NCBI GenBank assembly: GCA_016178135.1 | Contig: JACOTW010000001.1 | Span: forward strand, 228 to 64,227 | Direction: 5' to 3' | Source of the DNA: Candidatus Saccharimonadota bacterium | Lineage (GTDB): Bacteria; Patescibacteriota; Saccharimonadia; Saccharimonadales; JACOTW01 | Length of the DNA stretch: 64,000 bases | In this document: one piece after another, positions 18,122 to 28,168 of the stretch | Position numbering within the stretch: position 1 is the stretch's first letter | Layout of the letters: each line of letters begins with the position of its first letter | Notes under the pieces: model-generated | What the model saw: the letters and a program-made list of their open reading frames with translations, nothing else | Database searches by the model: none | Told to the model about the DNA's origin: nothing | Position numbers and translations under genes: made by a program

Positions 18122-18921
18122 ACTATAGGGTGGAGCGTAGCCAACCCTATAAACCTGGGCAAAAAACGTCATTTAAAGTGAGCCGATCAAAAATTGAGCT
18201 ATTCACGCAGTGTCAGCGTTGTTTCTGGTTAGATGCTCGGCTTAAGATTAAGCGTCCCAACGGACCGCCATTTCAAATCAATAAAGCCGTTGATGAATTG
18301 TTGAAAAAAGAATTTGACGGTTATCGTTTGAAAGGCAAGGCTCACCCTGTAATGATCGAATTTGGGGTTGCCGCTATTCCATTCGCTCATGCCAGTCTGG
18401 ATGTTTGGCGAACCAATTTTACGGGAGTGGCTACCCTGTATGAACCTGCGAATTTGCAGGTTTTTGGTGCTGTTGATGATATTTGGGTAAATAGCAACGA
18501 CGAACTCATAGTAGTAGACTACAAAGCCACTGCCAAACAAAGCGATGTTACTCTAGATGCCGATTGGCAGATGAGCTATAAGCGGCAGATGGAAGTTTAC
18601 CAGTGGCTATTACGTCAAAATGGCTTTAAGGTGAGCGATACTGGCTACTTTGTTTACGCTAATGGTCGGCTGGATGTTGATGGGTTTTATAACAAAATAG
18701 AGTTTAGAACAAAAATCATTCCATACACCGGAAATGATGCCTGGATAGAGCCAACCCTGGGGAATATGAAAGATTGTCTAGAGGCTGATATGCCACAAGT
18801 CGGTAAGGCTGCCATGGGTGGCGATTGCGATTTTTGTACCTACGCCAGAGCCCGCTCGGAGCTGACAATAGCGGCACTTAACTGGACTTACGCAAAGCTC
18901 CCCCATCCCCAGACCGACTAA
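18118..18921 (+). CDS. PD-(D/E)XK nuclease family protein; C-terminus altered by a family A insertion
   Basis: SRSKIELF..CQRCFW, GAVDD, VVDYK, QMEVYQWLL, CDFC. Confidence 0.88.
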   Translation: MNYRVERSQPYKPGQKTSFKVSRSKIELFTQCQRCFWLDARLKIKRPNGPPFQINKAVDELLKKEFDGYRLKGKAHPVMIEFGVAAIPFAHASLDVWRTNFTGVATLYEPANLQVFGAVDDIWVNSNDELIVVDYKATAKQSDVTLDADWQMSYKRQMEVYQWLLRQNGFKVSDTGYFVYANGRLDVDGFYNKIEFRTKIIPYTGNDAWIEPTLGNMKDCLEADMPQVGKAAMGGDCDFCTYARARSELTIAALNWTYAKLPHPQTD

Positions 18922-19040
18922 TCTCGGCTGCAAACAGTTTTTTCTCTCTCGATGTACCTCCCTGGTACCTCTCCTTCAGACAAAACTGTTTTCGCTCGAG
19001 CTGATTCGTCCTGGGAACGAGGGATTTTGCGTAAGTCCAG
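18882..19040 (+). mobile_element. family A element
   Basis: CTGGACTTACGCAAA...TTTGCGTAAGTCCAG. Confidence 0.93.
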
Positions 19041-19068
19041 TTTTAAGCAAGCCAAAAAGCCATCTTGA

Positions 19069-19145
19069 CACGAGTTTCGCACTTTTCCGTTGCCCCTTGC
19101 AGTTGTGATTTGGCATCAACGGCTAAGTGCAACACAAAAATCGTG
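19069..19145 (+). mobile_element. internally deleted family C element
   Basis: CACGAGTTTCGCACTTTTCC..TGGCATCAACGGCTAAGTGC..AAAATCGTG. Confidence 0.8.
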
Positions 19146-19192
19146 TTATCCGTTGTCTACGAAAAAGTTCGAAATTCCTATATACTGTTCTT

Positions 19193-20491
19193 ATGCTAGA
19201 TATTCAGTTTATCCGTGAAAATAGAGAAATTGTTAGAGTAAAGGCAAAACAAAAAGGTTATGATATAGATATCGATCAGCTTTTGGGGTTTGATAGTAAG
19301 CGCCGTGAACTACTCACTGCGGCTGAAGAATTACGCAGAAAACGCAACGAGATTAACGAATCCACAAAAGGTCAGCGACCAAATGACGAACAAATATCCA
19401 AAGGTCGCGAATTAAAAGAGCAATTGGCTAATCTTGAGCACCAACTTAGTTCGGTAGATCAAGAATTCCAAATTCTGTTAAAACAAGTTCCTAATATGCC
19501 CGCAGAAGATGTGCCAATAGGGGATAGCGAAGAACAAAATGTTATAGCCAAAACAGTTGGCGAAGCACATAAATATGACTATGAAGTTAAGCCGCACTGG
19601 GAAATATTAAAAAATCTGGACATGATGGACAAAGAGCGCGCTGCCAAAATATCTGGTAGCCGCTTTGTTTATTTAAAAGGAGATATTGTACGTTTACAGT
19701 TTGCACTCATTCAATATGTTATGGATAAGCTCGGAGATCAAAAAGTTATACAAAAATTAATCGATGATAACGGTCTCAAAATAAGTTCTAAACCATTTTC
19801 GCCAGTAATACCACCAGCAATGTTACGTACTGAACCTTACGTAGCATCCGCCCGCTTAGATGCTGAAGCAGTAACATACAAATTAGAAAATGATGATTTA
19901 TGGCTTAATGCCAGTGCTGAACACACTTTATGTACCATGTATTGGAATGAAACTTTACAAGAAGATCAGTTACCAATCCGTTATCTTGGGTATAGTCCAA
20001 GTTTTAGACGTGAAGCCGGTACATACGGTAAAGACACAGAAGGTATCATCCGCTTACATCAGTTTGATAAACTTGAGATGGAAGTGTTTAGTACGACCGA
20101 AACAGGGTTGGACGAACACAAACTTCTTATTGCCATTCAAGAATATCTAGTTCAACAATTGAAGATTCAATATCAGTATATACAAAAATGTACTTTTGAT
20201 ATTGGTAAGCCGAATGCTCGTGGCGTGGATATAAACTGTTGGTTTCCAGGTCAAAAACGTTATATTGAAACACACACCGCCGATTATATGACTGATTATC
20301 AGGCTCGCGACCTTAATACTAGAGTTAAGAAAAAGGACGGTAGTATAGAATTTGTCCACACCAATGATGCCACGGCGTTTGCTTTGGGTAGAATCCTAGC
20401 TACGATTGTTGAAAATTATCAGGACAAAGATGGTTCTATCTGGATTCCGGAGATTTTAAAAAGCTACATGGGAGGAAAAGAAAAGTTATGA
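19193..20491 (+). CDS. serS: serine--tRNA ligase
   Basis: MLDIQFIREN, FRREAGTYG, RLHQFDKLE, HTNDATA. Confidence 0.97.
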   Translation: MLDIQFIRENREIVRVKAKQKGYDIDIDQLLGFDSKRRELLTAAEELRRKRNEINESTKGQRPNDEQISKGRELKEQLANLEHQLSSVDQEFQILLKQVPNMPAEDVPIGDSEEQNVIAKTVGEAHKYDYEVKPHWEILKNLDMMDKERAAKISGSRFVYLKGDIVRLQFALIQYVMDKLGDQKVIQKLIDDNGLKISSKPFSPVIPPAMLRTEPYVASARLDAEAVTYKLENDDLWLNASAEHTLCTMYWNETLQEDQLPIRYLGYSPSFRREAGTYGKDTEGIIRLHQFDKLEMEVFSTTETGLDEHKLLIAIQEYLVQQLKIQYQYIQKCTFDIGKPNARGVDINCWFPGQKRYIETHTADYMTDYQARDLNTRVKKKDGSIEFVHTNDATAFALGRILATIVENYQDKDGSIWIPEILKSYMGGKEKL

Positions 20492-20859
20492 TAGAAAAAT
20501 TAGAAATCAACGGTGTGCACACAACGGTAGACCAAAAACTTCAAGATTATGTCGCAAAAAAGATCGGTAAACTAGATCGATATATTCCAAAACATGCTCG
20601 TGAATCCGCACACGTCGAGATTTTTCTAAAAGAAACTACCACCAAAACCAAAAATAAATGCGTCTGTGAGGTTGTCATGTATTTGCCTCACGAGGCTATT
20701 ACTACCAAAGAATCTACAGTCAATATGTTCGCGGCCGTAGATATAGTAGAGGCCAAGTTAAAAAACCGACTCAAAAAATATAAAGAAACTCACAGTAGCC
20801 TAAAGCTACACCGCCGAATACTTGCCAGAATGCGTCGTAAGCAAAAAAGCAGTTTATAA
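20488..20859 (+). CDS. hpf: ribosome hibernation factor HPF/RaiA
   Basis: YVAKKIGKLDRY, NMFAAVDIVEAKL..LKKYK; position before secA. Confidence 0.9.
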   Translation: MIEKLEINGVHTTVDQKLQDYVAKKIGKLDRYIPKHARESAHVEIFLKETTTKTKNKCVCEVVMYLPHEAITTKESTVNMFAAVDIVEAKLKNRLKKYKETHSSLKLHRRILARMRRKQKSSL

Positions 20860-20878
20860 ACCACCTTTCTTTTATTAA

Positions 20879-21038
20879 CTGGACCTGTCGCAAAGCTCCC
20901 TCATCCCCAGACCGACTAACCTCGGTTACAAACAGTTTTTCCTCTCTCGATGTACCTCCTGGGTACCCCTCCTTCAGACAAAACTGTTTTCGTTCGAGCT
21001 GATTCGCCCTGGGAACGAAGGATTTTGCGTAAGTCCAG
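20879..21038 (+). mobile_element. family A element inserted in a partial reverse family E copy (21041-21098)
   Basis: TTAA duplicated; followed by GCATATCCGTAGATAT..ATGGTCATTTTGTTTTGGGATG. Confidence 0.92.
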
Positions 21039-21170
21039 TTAAAGCATATCCGTAGATATACTGCAGACAAAAATGGTCATTTTGTTTTGGGATGACCATA
21101 TATATGAGGTACAATAGTCTCACACATAAAGACTGCGAAAACCAACTATTACAGGGAGTTAGGACTTAAA

Positions 21171-23774
21171 GTGAAAAAGATTTTCAAACGTGTTCTTGGA
21201 GATCCGCAGGCAAAAACCGTGAAGCGTTTGAGCCGACGTGTGCGTGAAATCAATGAACTATCAAACAAGTACAAGAAACTTACAGAAAAACAGTTAAAAG
21301 ATCAAACCGAAAAACTCAAAGAACGGTTAGGTAAAGAATCCCTAGATAAATTATTGCCGGACGCTTTTGCGGTCGTTCGTGAGGCTGCAACCCGTACTCT
21401 TGGTCAAAGGCATTTTGATGTTCAATTGATAGGCGGTATGGTGCTACATGAGGGTAATGTTGCCGAAATGAAAACTGGTGAGGGCAAGACACTGGTGGCA
21501 ACCGCGCCGGTTTATTTGAATGCCTTGACTGGTAAAGGAGTTCATGTGGTTACGGTCAACGATTATCTTGCTCAACGCGATGCTGGCTGGATGGGTCAGG
21601 TATATCACTTTTTGGGCATGAGTACTGGAGTTATAATTGCTGACCAGTCTTTTATATATGATCCTGAATTTACCAACAAGAATCATACTGACGAACGTAT
21701 GCGTCGCCTAAAACCTTGCACACGTCAAGAAGCCTACGCGGCCGATATTACTTATGGAACGAACAATGAATTTGGTTTTGATTACTTACGCGACAATATG
21801 GTTAGAGAGGTGGATCAACTGCGTCAGCGTAAACTGCATTTTGCTATTGTTGACGAAGTTGACTCAATTTTGATTGATGAAGCCAGGACACCGCTTATTA
21901 TTTCAGCACCGTCCGTTACGAGCGGTAGTGCTTACGCTCAATTTTCCAAAGTTGTTCGTCCTTTAGAGCGGGATAAGGATTATGAAGTAGACGAGAAGCG
22001 TAAATCAGTAATTCTGACAGATGCCGGTGTGGAACGCGTTGAAAAGATATTGGGTATAACGAGCCTATATGGCACCGAAAACATCCGAACCATTTATCAC
22101 CTAGAGCAAGCTCTTCGGGCACAGACTTTGTTCAAGCGTGATAAAGATTATGTTGTGACTGACAGCGGAGAGGTTGTTATAGTTGATGAATTTACTGGTC
22201 GTCTTCTCAAGGGTCGTCGCTATAACGAAGGCCTACATCAAGCTATAGAAGCCAAAGAAAGTGTTGAAGTTCAAGAAGAATCCACGACTCTGGCTACGAT
22301 TTCTTTCCAGAACTACTTTCGTTTGTATGAAAAATTATCCGGTATGACCGGTACGGCGGCGACTGAAAGCGAAGAATTTCACCAGATCTACAAACTCGAC
22401 GTAGTAGAAATACCGTCTAATAAACAAATTGTACGCGAAGACCGAATGGATCGTATATATAAGACGGAATCGGCAAAATTTCGAGCAATTGTTCAAGAAG
22501 TAAAATTATTGCACCAAAAAGGTCAGCCGGTACTTATTGGTAGTGCTTCAGTTGAAAAAAACGAATCCCTAAGCTTGGCGCTTGCTAAGGCGAAAGTTCC
22601 GCACGAAACACTTAATGCCAAAAATAATGAAAGAGAAGCGGCTATCGTAGCAAAGGCCGGTCAAAAAAGTGCGGTTACTTTGGCTACAAATATCGCTGGG
22701 CGTGGTACGGATATTGTACTTGGTGAGGACATTAAAGAACTTGGCGGATTATTTGTGCTTGGTTCGGAGCGACATGAATCTAGACGAATTGATAATCAGC
22801 TACGTGGACGTGCTGGTCGTCAGGGTGATCCTGGCGTAACGCAGTTTTTTGTTAGTACGGAAGATGATTTGATGCGTATTTTTGGTGGCGAGCGTATTGC
22901 TTCAATCATGGACCGCTTAGGTGTTGATGAAGATACTCCAATTGAAAACAGAGTTATCAGCAAAAGCTTAGAAGGTGCGCAAAAAAAGGTTGAAGGCTAC
23001 AACTTTGATGCTCGCAAGGACGTTGTGCAGTATGACGATGTTATGAATCGTCACCGCCGCGCCATATATACGATGCGTCGAGAAATACTGGAAGATATTG
23101 ATATCAAAAAGCGCATAAATGTATTCATAGAAGAAGAATCTAAGCAGCTTGAAGCGTCGCCACTAGCTACTAGCGATCAGTACCAAGACTTAATTACAGA
23201 AGTTGTGCCACTTGATGACGCAACGCTTGACCGTTTGTTTGATACTGAAGCCAGCAAATTCGGCAGTGTGTTATTGACCGAGATGATGGAGCTATATGAA
23301 GCGCGTGAAGTTGCTTTCACGCCAGAAATTATGCGCAAAGTCGAGCGTGATATTTATCTACAGATTTTGGATAATTTATGGATGCAGCACCTAGAGAATA
23401 TGCAGCATCTTCGCGAGGGTATTCACTGGATATCAGTTGGACAGCGCGATCCGCTTGTGGAATATCGCCGTCAGTCACAAATTTTGTTTGACGAGATGCA
23501 GGGGACATTGAGGCATGATGTCGTCAGGGCGTTATTCCATGCCGAGACGGTCAAAGCTGATGAGTTGGAGAGGCCAGTAGAAACAGAATTAACCAGAGCT
23601 GCTCGGCAGTCTGTCAGTAATGCTGACAAGATTATTAAAACAGAAGAATTTGAGGAATCTGATTTTGCCCCTCAAAAAGAAGCGTTACAGATTAAAAAAC
23701 AAGAAAATACCAAGCGTAAAAAGGCCCGCAAAGCTGAACGCAAGCGTCGTTCCGGCGGCAAGAAACGAAAATAG
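21171..23774 (+). CDS. secA: preprotein translocase SecA
   Basis: MKTGEGKT, DEVDSILIDEARTPLIIS, RIDNQLRGRAGRQGDPG. Confidence 0.98.
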   Translation: MKKIFKRVLGDPQAKTVKRLSRRVREINELSNKYKKLTEKQLKDQTEKLKERLGKESLDKLLPDAFAVVREAATRTLGQRHFDVQLIGGMVLHEGNVAEMKTGEGKTLVATAPVYLNALTGKGVHVVTVNDYLAQRDAGWMGQVYHFLGMSTGVIIADQSFIYDPEFTNKNHTDERMRRLKPCTRQEAYAADITYGTNNEFGFDYLRDNMVREVDQLRQRKLHFAIVDEVDSILIDEARTPLIISAPSVTSGSAYAQFSKVVRPLERDKDYEVDEKRKSVILTDAGVERVEKILGITSLYGTENIRTIYHLEQALRAQTLFKRDKDYVVTDSGEVVIVDEFTGRLLKGRRYNEGLHQAIEAKESVEVQEESTTLATISFQNYFRLYEKLSGMTGTAATESEEFHQIYKLDVVEIPSNKQIVREDRMDRIYKTESAKFRAIVQEVKLLHQKGQPVLIGSASVEKNESLSLALAKAKVPHETLNAKNNEREAAIVAKAGQKSAVTLATNIAGRGTDIVLGEDIKELGGLFVLGSERHESRRIDNQLRGRAGRQGDPGVTQFFVSTEDDLMRIFGGERIASIMDRLGVDEDTPIENRVISKSLEGAQKKVEGYNFDARKDVVQYDDVMNRHRRAIYTMRREILEDIDIKKRINVFIEEESKQLEASPLATSDQYQDLITEVVPLDDATLDRLFDTEASKFGSVLLTEMMELYEAREVAFTPEIMRKVERDIYLQILDNLWMQHLENMQHLREGIHWISVGQRDPLVEYRRQSQILFDEMQGTLRHDVVRALFHAETVKADELERPVETELTRAARQSVSNADKIIKTEEFEESDFAPQKEALQIKKQENTKRKKARKAERKRRSGGKKRK

Positions 23775-23775
23775 C

Positions 23776-25062
23776 ATGAAACATAAGGTTAACGAAATAT
23801 CACTGGCAAATGGTGCTCGGGGACTTTTGATTGACGTGCCAGACGCTACTGTTATGACTTTTGAGCTGAATTTTAGGGCGGGTGAATACTTGGTAGAGCG
23901 GGAAAAATGGGAGACACCTCATCTCATGGAACATGTATTATTGGGTGCCAACGAGCTCATACCAAAAGCTAGTGCTTTCTACGCTGAATTTGAAAAAAAC
24001 GGTGCTTATAGCAATGCCAGCACGGGAACTTACGATATCAACTACGAGTCAGAATGTGCTGATTTTGAGTGGGATCGTATATTAAGCCTATTATTGGTAG
24101 CTATAGCCAAGCCAAAATTTCTCAAAGAAGAATTTACTGCTGAATTTAGTAATGTTCGAGAAGAGTTAACAGCACGTTCTAATAATCACTTCAGACATTT
24201 AAGTTTAAGCCTACGCGAGGCCTATGGATTCAAGGTCATGACCGATCAAGAACGCATAAAACTCATGACTAACGTCTATTTAGAAGATATTCGTACTCAC
24301 TATAAAAATACTCATACTACTAGCAACTTGCGTTTTGTCATTGCCGGAAAGTTGCCACTACAGCGTCGCAAACACATTGCGCAGGCTTTATCGGCAATGG
24401 AACTACCGAAAGGCGACGGCCGCTTGGAGTTGCCCGAAGAAACACCCAGCAAAATTACGCACCCGCTATATATTCATAATGCAACAGTTGATAATCTATA
24501 TTTTTACATAGATACATTCATGAATCGTCGAATGCGCGATCCGGAAATTGATGCCTTGGGACTCATCAACAGCATGTTAACCGAAACTTTATATTCAAGA
24601 ATTCTTGGTACAGCCCGTGAGCGTGGCCTAGTATATAGTATGAATTCTGGACTTGGACAAACCAAAAACGTTAGCAATTGGTGGTTTGGTACGCAAGTTT
24701 TGCCGGCTAATGCACCGGCTCTTTTTGATATTATCAACAAAGAACTTAAGTCAGTATTTGCTGGTAAGCTCAATGAGGAAGATATTACGGCCGCCAAACA
24801 ATACGCACTAGGACGCTATCAGCGTAGCGGTCAGACCGTGGGCGGCATGGCCTCGGGTTACACTTATCGTTATTTTTTTGACGAACACATTGATGATTAC
24901 TACAAGGTACCAGAACGCATTCGGGCTATTTCTCGTAACCGTATCATTGAAATTAGTAAAGAGTTATTTAGTGAAAATATATGGGGTTTGGGCTGTTTGG
25001 GCAATGCTGGCGAGGATGTAGTAAACCAGCTATATGACCGCATTAAACCTCTCTGGAAATGA
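23776..25062 (+). CDS. M16 (pitrilysin/insulinase) peptidase
   Basis: HLMEH inverted zinc motif, NAST, RERGLVY; start taken at ATG 23776. Confidence 0.9.
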   Translation: MKHKVNEISLANGARGLLIDVPDATVMTFELNFRAGEYLVEREKWETPHLMEHVLLGANELIPKASAFYAEFEKNGAYSNASTGTYDINYESECADFEWDRILSLLLVAIAKPKFLKEEFTAEFSNVREELTARSNNHFRHLSLSLREAYGFKVMTDQERIKLMTNVYLEDIRTHYKNTHTTSNLRFVIAGKLPLQRRKHIAQALSAMELPKGDGRLELPEETPSKITHPLYIHNATVDNLYFYIDTFMNRRMRDPEIDALGLINSMLTETLYSRILGTARERGLVYSMNSGLGQTKNVSNWWFGTQVLPANAPALFDIINKELKSVFAGKLNEEDITAAKQYALGRYQRSGQTVGGMASGYTYRYFFDEHIDDYYKVPERIRAISRNRIIEISKELFSENIWGLGCLGNAGEDVVNQLYDRIKPLWK

Positions 25063-25095
25063 GCTATTGTCAAAAGTCCTATATAATAAGTTTGT

Positions 25096-26184
25096 ATGCA
25101 GGAATTACTAAAAAAAGTAAGTGCTATTAGTGCCGATGTAGCAGACGCTTTTGAGAAATTAGCAATAAATTCGCTCAAAGATGAGCTCTTACATCTAAAG
25201 ACAGCCTCCCAGGAGGCTAATTTTTGGTCAGATAATATGCGTGCCCAGCAGACCATGAAACGTATTGCTGATTTAGGGGCTAGAGTGGATCCATGGATCA
25301 ATCTTGAAAAAAGTTTGCATGATATAAAGGAACTACTGGATACAGAAGATAGCAGCCTGTCTAGTGAGCTAACTGCGCAATTAAATTACTCGGAAAAAAC
25401 TTTTAATGAATTAAAAGCACAACTCAAATTTACCGGTAGGTATGATGATTTCGATGCCATTATGAGTATACATGCTGGTGCTGGTGGTACTGATGCCCAA
25501 GATTGGGCGCAAATGTTGATGCGTATGTACATCCGTTGGGCCGAGCGTTGCCATATGAGCGTAACGGTCATTGAGGAATCTGCAGGAGAGGAAGCGGGTA
25601 TAAAAAGCGTTACTCTGGAAGTTGACGGTAATTTTGCCTACGGCAAGCTCAAAGGCGAACACGGTGTACATCGTTTAGTACGGCTAAGTCCGTTCAATTC
25701 CGACAATCTAAGGCAGACTAGCTTTGCCAAGGTAGAAGTCTCGCCCAAGATAGATAAGCCAGATTTAATAGCTATTGATGATAAAGATCTTAAGATTGAT
25801 GTTTATCGCAGTGGCGGTCATGGTGGTCAATCAGTTAATACTACGGACTCCGCAGTTCGAATCACTCACTTGCCAACGGGGATAGTCGTAGCTATCCAAA
25901 ATGAACGTAGTCAATTGCAAAACAAAGAAACAGCTATGACAATTTTGCGTTCTCGTCTAGCTCAAATGCGGCAAGAACAGCACCTGGAAAATATTGCCGA
26001 ACTGAAGGGGCCAAATGAGCAAGCTGCTTGGGGAAATCAGATCCGTAGCTACGTCCTACACCCCTACAAACAGGTCAAAGATATTCGTACTCGCCATGAA
26101 ACAAGTGATGCGGACGGAGTTCTGGACGGCAATTTAGACCCTTTTATCGACGCTTATATCAAATACAGTTTTGGTCAGGAATAA
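25096..26184 (+). CDS. prfB: peptide chain release factor 2 (no programmed frameshift)
   Basis: SPF and GGQ motifs; single continuous ORF. Confidence 0.97.
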   Translation: MQELLKKVSAISADVADAFEKLAINSLKDELLHLKTASQEANFWSDNMRAQQTMKRIADLGARVDPWINLEKSLHDIKELLDTEDSSLSSELTAQLNYSEKTFNELKAQLKFTGRYDDFDAIMSIHAGAGGTDAQDWAQMLMRMYIRWAERCHMSVTVIEESAGEEAGIKSVTLEVDGNFAYGKLKGEHGVHRLVRLSPFNSDNLRQTSFAKVEVSPKIDKPDLIAIDDKDLKIDVYRSGGHGGQSVNTTDSAVRITHLPTGIVVAIQNERSQLQNKETAMTILRSRLAQMRQEQHLENIAELKGPNEQAAWGNQIRSYVLHPYKQVKDIRTRHETSDADGVLDGNLDPFIDAYIKYSFGQE

Positions 26185-26196
26185 AGTCCTATATAA

Positions 26197-26344
26197 CACA
26201 AATTTCGCACTTTTCCATCGCCCCAGATGACACCTGACAGGCTACAGCGGCTCACTCCTCACTTAATGGCCCAAGACTCCCTCGGATTGAACAACTGTAA
26301 TCAGCCAGCTGCCACCTGGCATCCGGCTAAGTGCGAAACTCGTG
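26197..26344 (+). mobile_element. family C element inserted in the ftsE -10 box
   Basis: CACAAATTTCGCACTT...AAGTGCGAAACTCGTG; TATAA duplicated at 26192-26196 and 26345-26349. Confidence 0.92.
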
Positions 26345-26358
26345 TATAATAGGAACGA

Positions 26359-27042
26359 ATGATTTTGCTAGACAGGGTAACCAAAGTTTATAATCGTACC
26401 AATACAGCATTGGACCGCGTGTCTATACATGTAGAAGCAAAAGAGTTTGTGATTATTATTGGTACATCCGGAGCCGGAAAATCTACTCTACTAAAGCTTT
26501 TAACCAAAGAAGAACGCCCAACCGGTGGCAAAATCGTGGTCGGCGGTCTTGACTATGACAAATTACAAGACAAAGATATCCCTTTAGTGCGCCGCAAAAT
26601 CGGCGTGGTTTTTCAGGACTTCAAGCTCCTACCCAATAGAAATGTCTTTGAAAACGTTGCTTTTGCTCTTGAGATTGTTGGTTATGGCAATGGCGAGATC
26701 AAGCATACCGTGCCGCGCGTTTTAGATATAGTAGGATTGAAGGGTAAAGAAAAAAGTATGCCACTTGAATTGTCTGGCGGTGAACGCCAACGAGTAGCTA
26801 TTGCTCGCGCCATTGTTCGTCAGCCAAAAATTCTGATTGCCGATGAGCCGACCGGCAATCTTGACCCTAAACATGCGTGGGATGTTATCAAGGTTCTGGA
26901 GAAAGTTAATCGCTACGGTACTACGGTATTATTAACCACGCACAACAAAGACATTGTTAATAAATTAAAACGTCGAGTAATAACCCTTAAAGATGGTAGG
27001 GTAGTTAGTGATCGTGCTAACGCGGAGTATAAACAGGTCTAG
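26359..27042 (+). CDS. ftsE: cell division ATP-binding protein FtsE
   Basis: GTSGAGKST, RRKIGVVFQDFKLL, LSGGE, ADEPTGNLDP. Confidence 0.95.
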   Translation: MILLDRVTKVYNRTNTALDRVSIHVEAKEFVIIIGTSGAGKSTLLKLLTKEERPTGGKIVVGGLDYDKLQDKDIPLVRRKIGVVFQDFKLLPNRNVFENVAFALEIVGYGNGEIKHTVPRVLDIVGLKGKEKSMPLELSGGERQRVAIARAIVRQPKILIADEPTGNLDPKHAWDVIKVLEKVNRYGTTVLLTTHNKDIVNKLKRRVITLKDGRVVSDRANAEYKQV

Positions 27043-27043
27043 T

Positions 27044-27988
27044 ATGAACCATAAAATCATTACTTTTTGGCGGATTATTAAAGCTGGAACACAAAATTTT
27101 ATACGTAATGCCACGCTTGCCATTGCCGCCATGGCTGTCATGGTGGTTACGCTATCTATAATTCTGTTTTCGGTTATCGCTAATGCCACGCTTACCGATA
27201 CTATCCAAAAAATCACTGACAAGATAGATATTTCTATTTATTTGAAAGATGACGTAACCGAACAACGCCGTAATCAACTGGTTAGCGATCTAAATAAAAT
27301 AGACAATGTAAAATCCATAGACTTTGTTACAAAAGATCAGGCTCTTAGGGATTTTCAAGCTGCCAATAAGGATGATCCGGAGCTTCTGGGAGCAGTTTTG
27401 CAGACCGATAATTATCTGCCGGCCTCTTTACGTATTAAGCCCAAGAATGTCGATAAATTAGAAGAAATTAAAACTTATATAGAAAAACCAGAGATAAAAT
27501 CCCTGCAATCAGCCAAAACTTCTTATTCGGGCGATCAGAAAGAAGCCATTGATAATATATCCAAAGCTACGCAATTTTTACGCGAGGGAGGCATTGCTGG
27601 AGTTATTGTTTTTGCTATAGTTTCGATGTTAATAATTTTTAATACGATCAGGATGGCTATTTTCAACCGGCGCGACGAACTGAATATTATGCGTCTGCTA
27701 GGTGCTAGTTCTGGTTATATTCGCGGTCCATTTATAGTAGAGACGGTCATTTACGGGATTATTTCAGCTGTACTTTCAGTAACTCTGTGCAATACTTTGT
27801 TTGTTGTGTCTTCGTCAGCTTTTCAGGCCAACAGCTTTGGCTTTCTTGATATTCAATATGCTAGCGATTATTTTATAAAACACTTTTGGTTAATTTTGAC
27901 GTCGCAAGTTGCTGTTGGTATACTTATTGGTGCCGTATCGTCCATCATTGCCACGCGGCGTTATCTAAAATTCAAATCAAGCAAGTAG
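27044..27988 (+). CDS. ftsX: cell division permease FtsX
   Basis: FNTIRMAIFNRRDELNIMRLLGAS..IRGPF; follows ftsE. Confidence 0.93.
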   Translation: MNHKIITFWRIIKAGTQNFIRNATLAIAAMAVMVVTLSIILFSVIANATLTDTIQKITDKIDISIYLKDDVTEQRRNQLVSDLNKIDNVKSIDFVTKDQALRDFQAANKDDPELLGAVLQTDNYLPASLRIKPKNVDKLEEIKTYIEKPEIKSLQSAKTSYSGDQKEAIDNISKATQFLREGGIAGVIVFAIVSMLIIFNTIRMAIFNRRDELNIMRLLGASSGYIRGPFIVETVIYGIISAVLSVTLCNTLFVVSSSAFQANSFGFLDIQYASDYFIKHFWLILTSQVAVGILIGAVSSIIATRRYLKFKSSK

Positions 27989-28008
27989 AAATTCATTATT
28001 TTGATGCA

Positions 28009-28096
28009 CTGGAATCACGCAAAGTTCCTCCGCCCCCAGACCAAATAATCTCGGCTGGTAGCGGTCTGTCTTATCTCGATTTTGCGACAGGTCTAG
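28009..28096 (+). mobile_element. internally deleted family A element
   Basis: CTGGAATCACGCAAAG..CCCCAGACC..TTTGCGACAGGTCTAG. Confidence 0.8.
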
Positions 28097-28168
28097 TGAA
28101 AGGGGGCGGGTATCTTGATAAACCAATATGGTTATGCTAGGATAATTATAGTTAAGCTAAAATCAAAA

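Noticed and set aside
18118..18921. Nuclease as CRISPR-associated Cas4
   Set aside because: No cas1/cas2 or array nearby; kept as a stand-alone PD-(D/E)XK protein.
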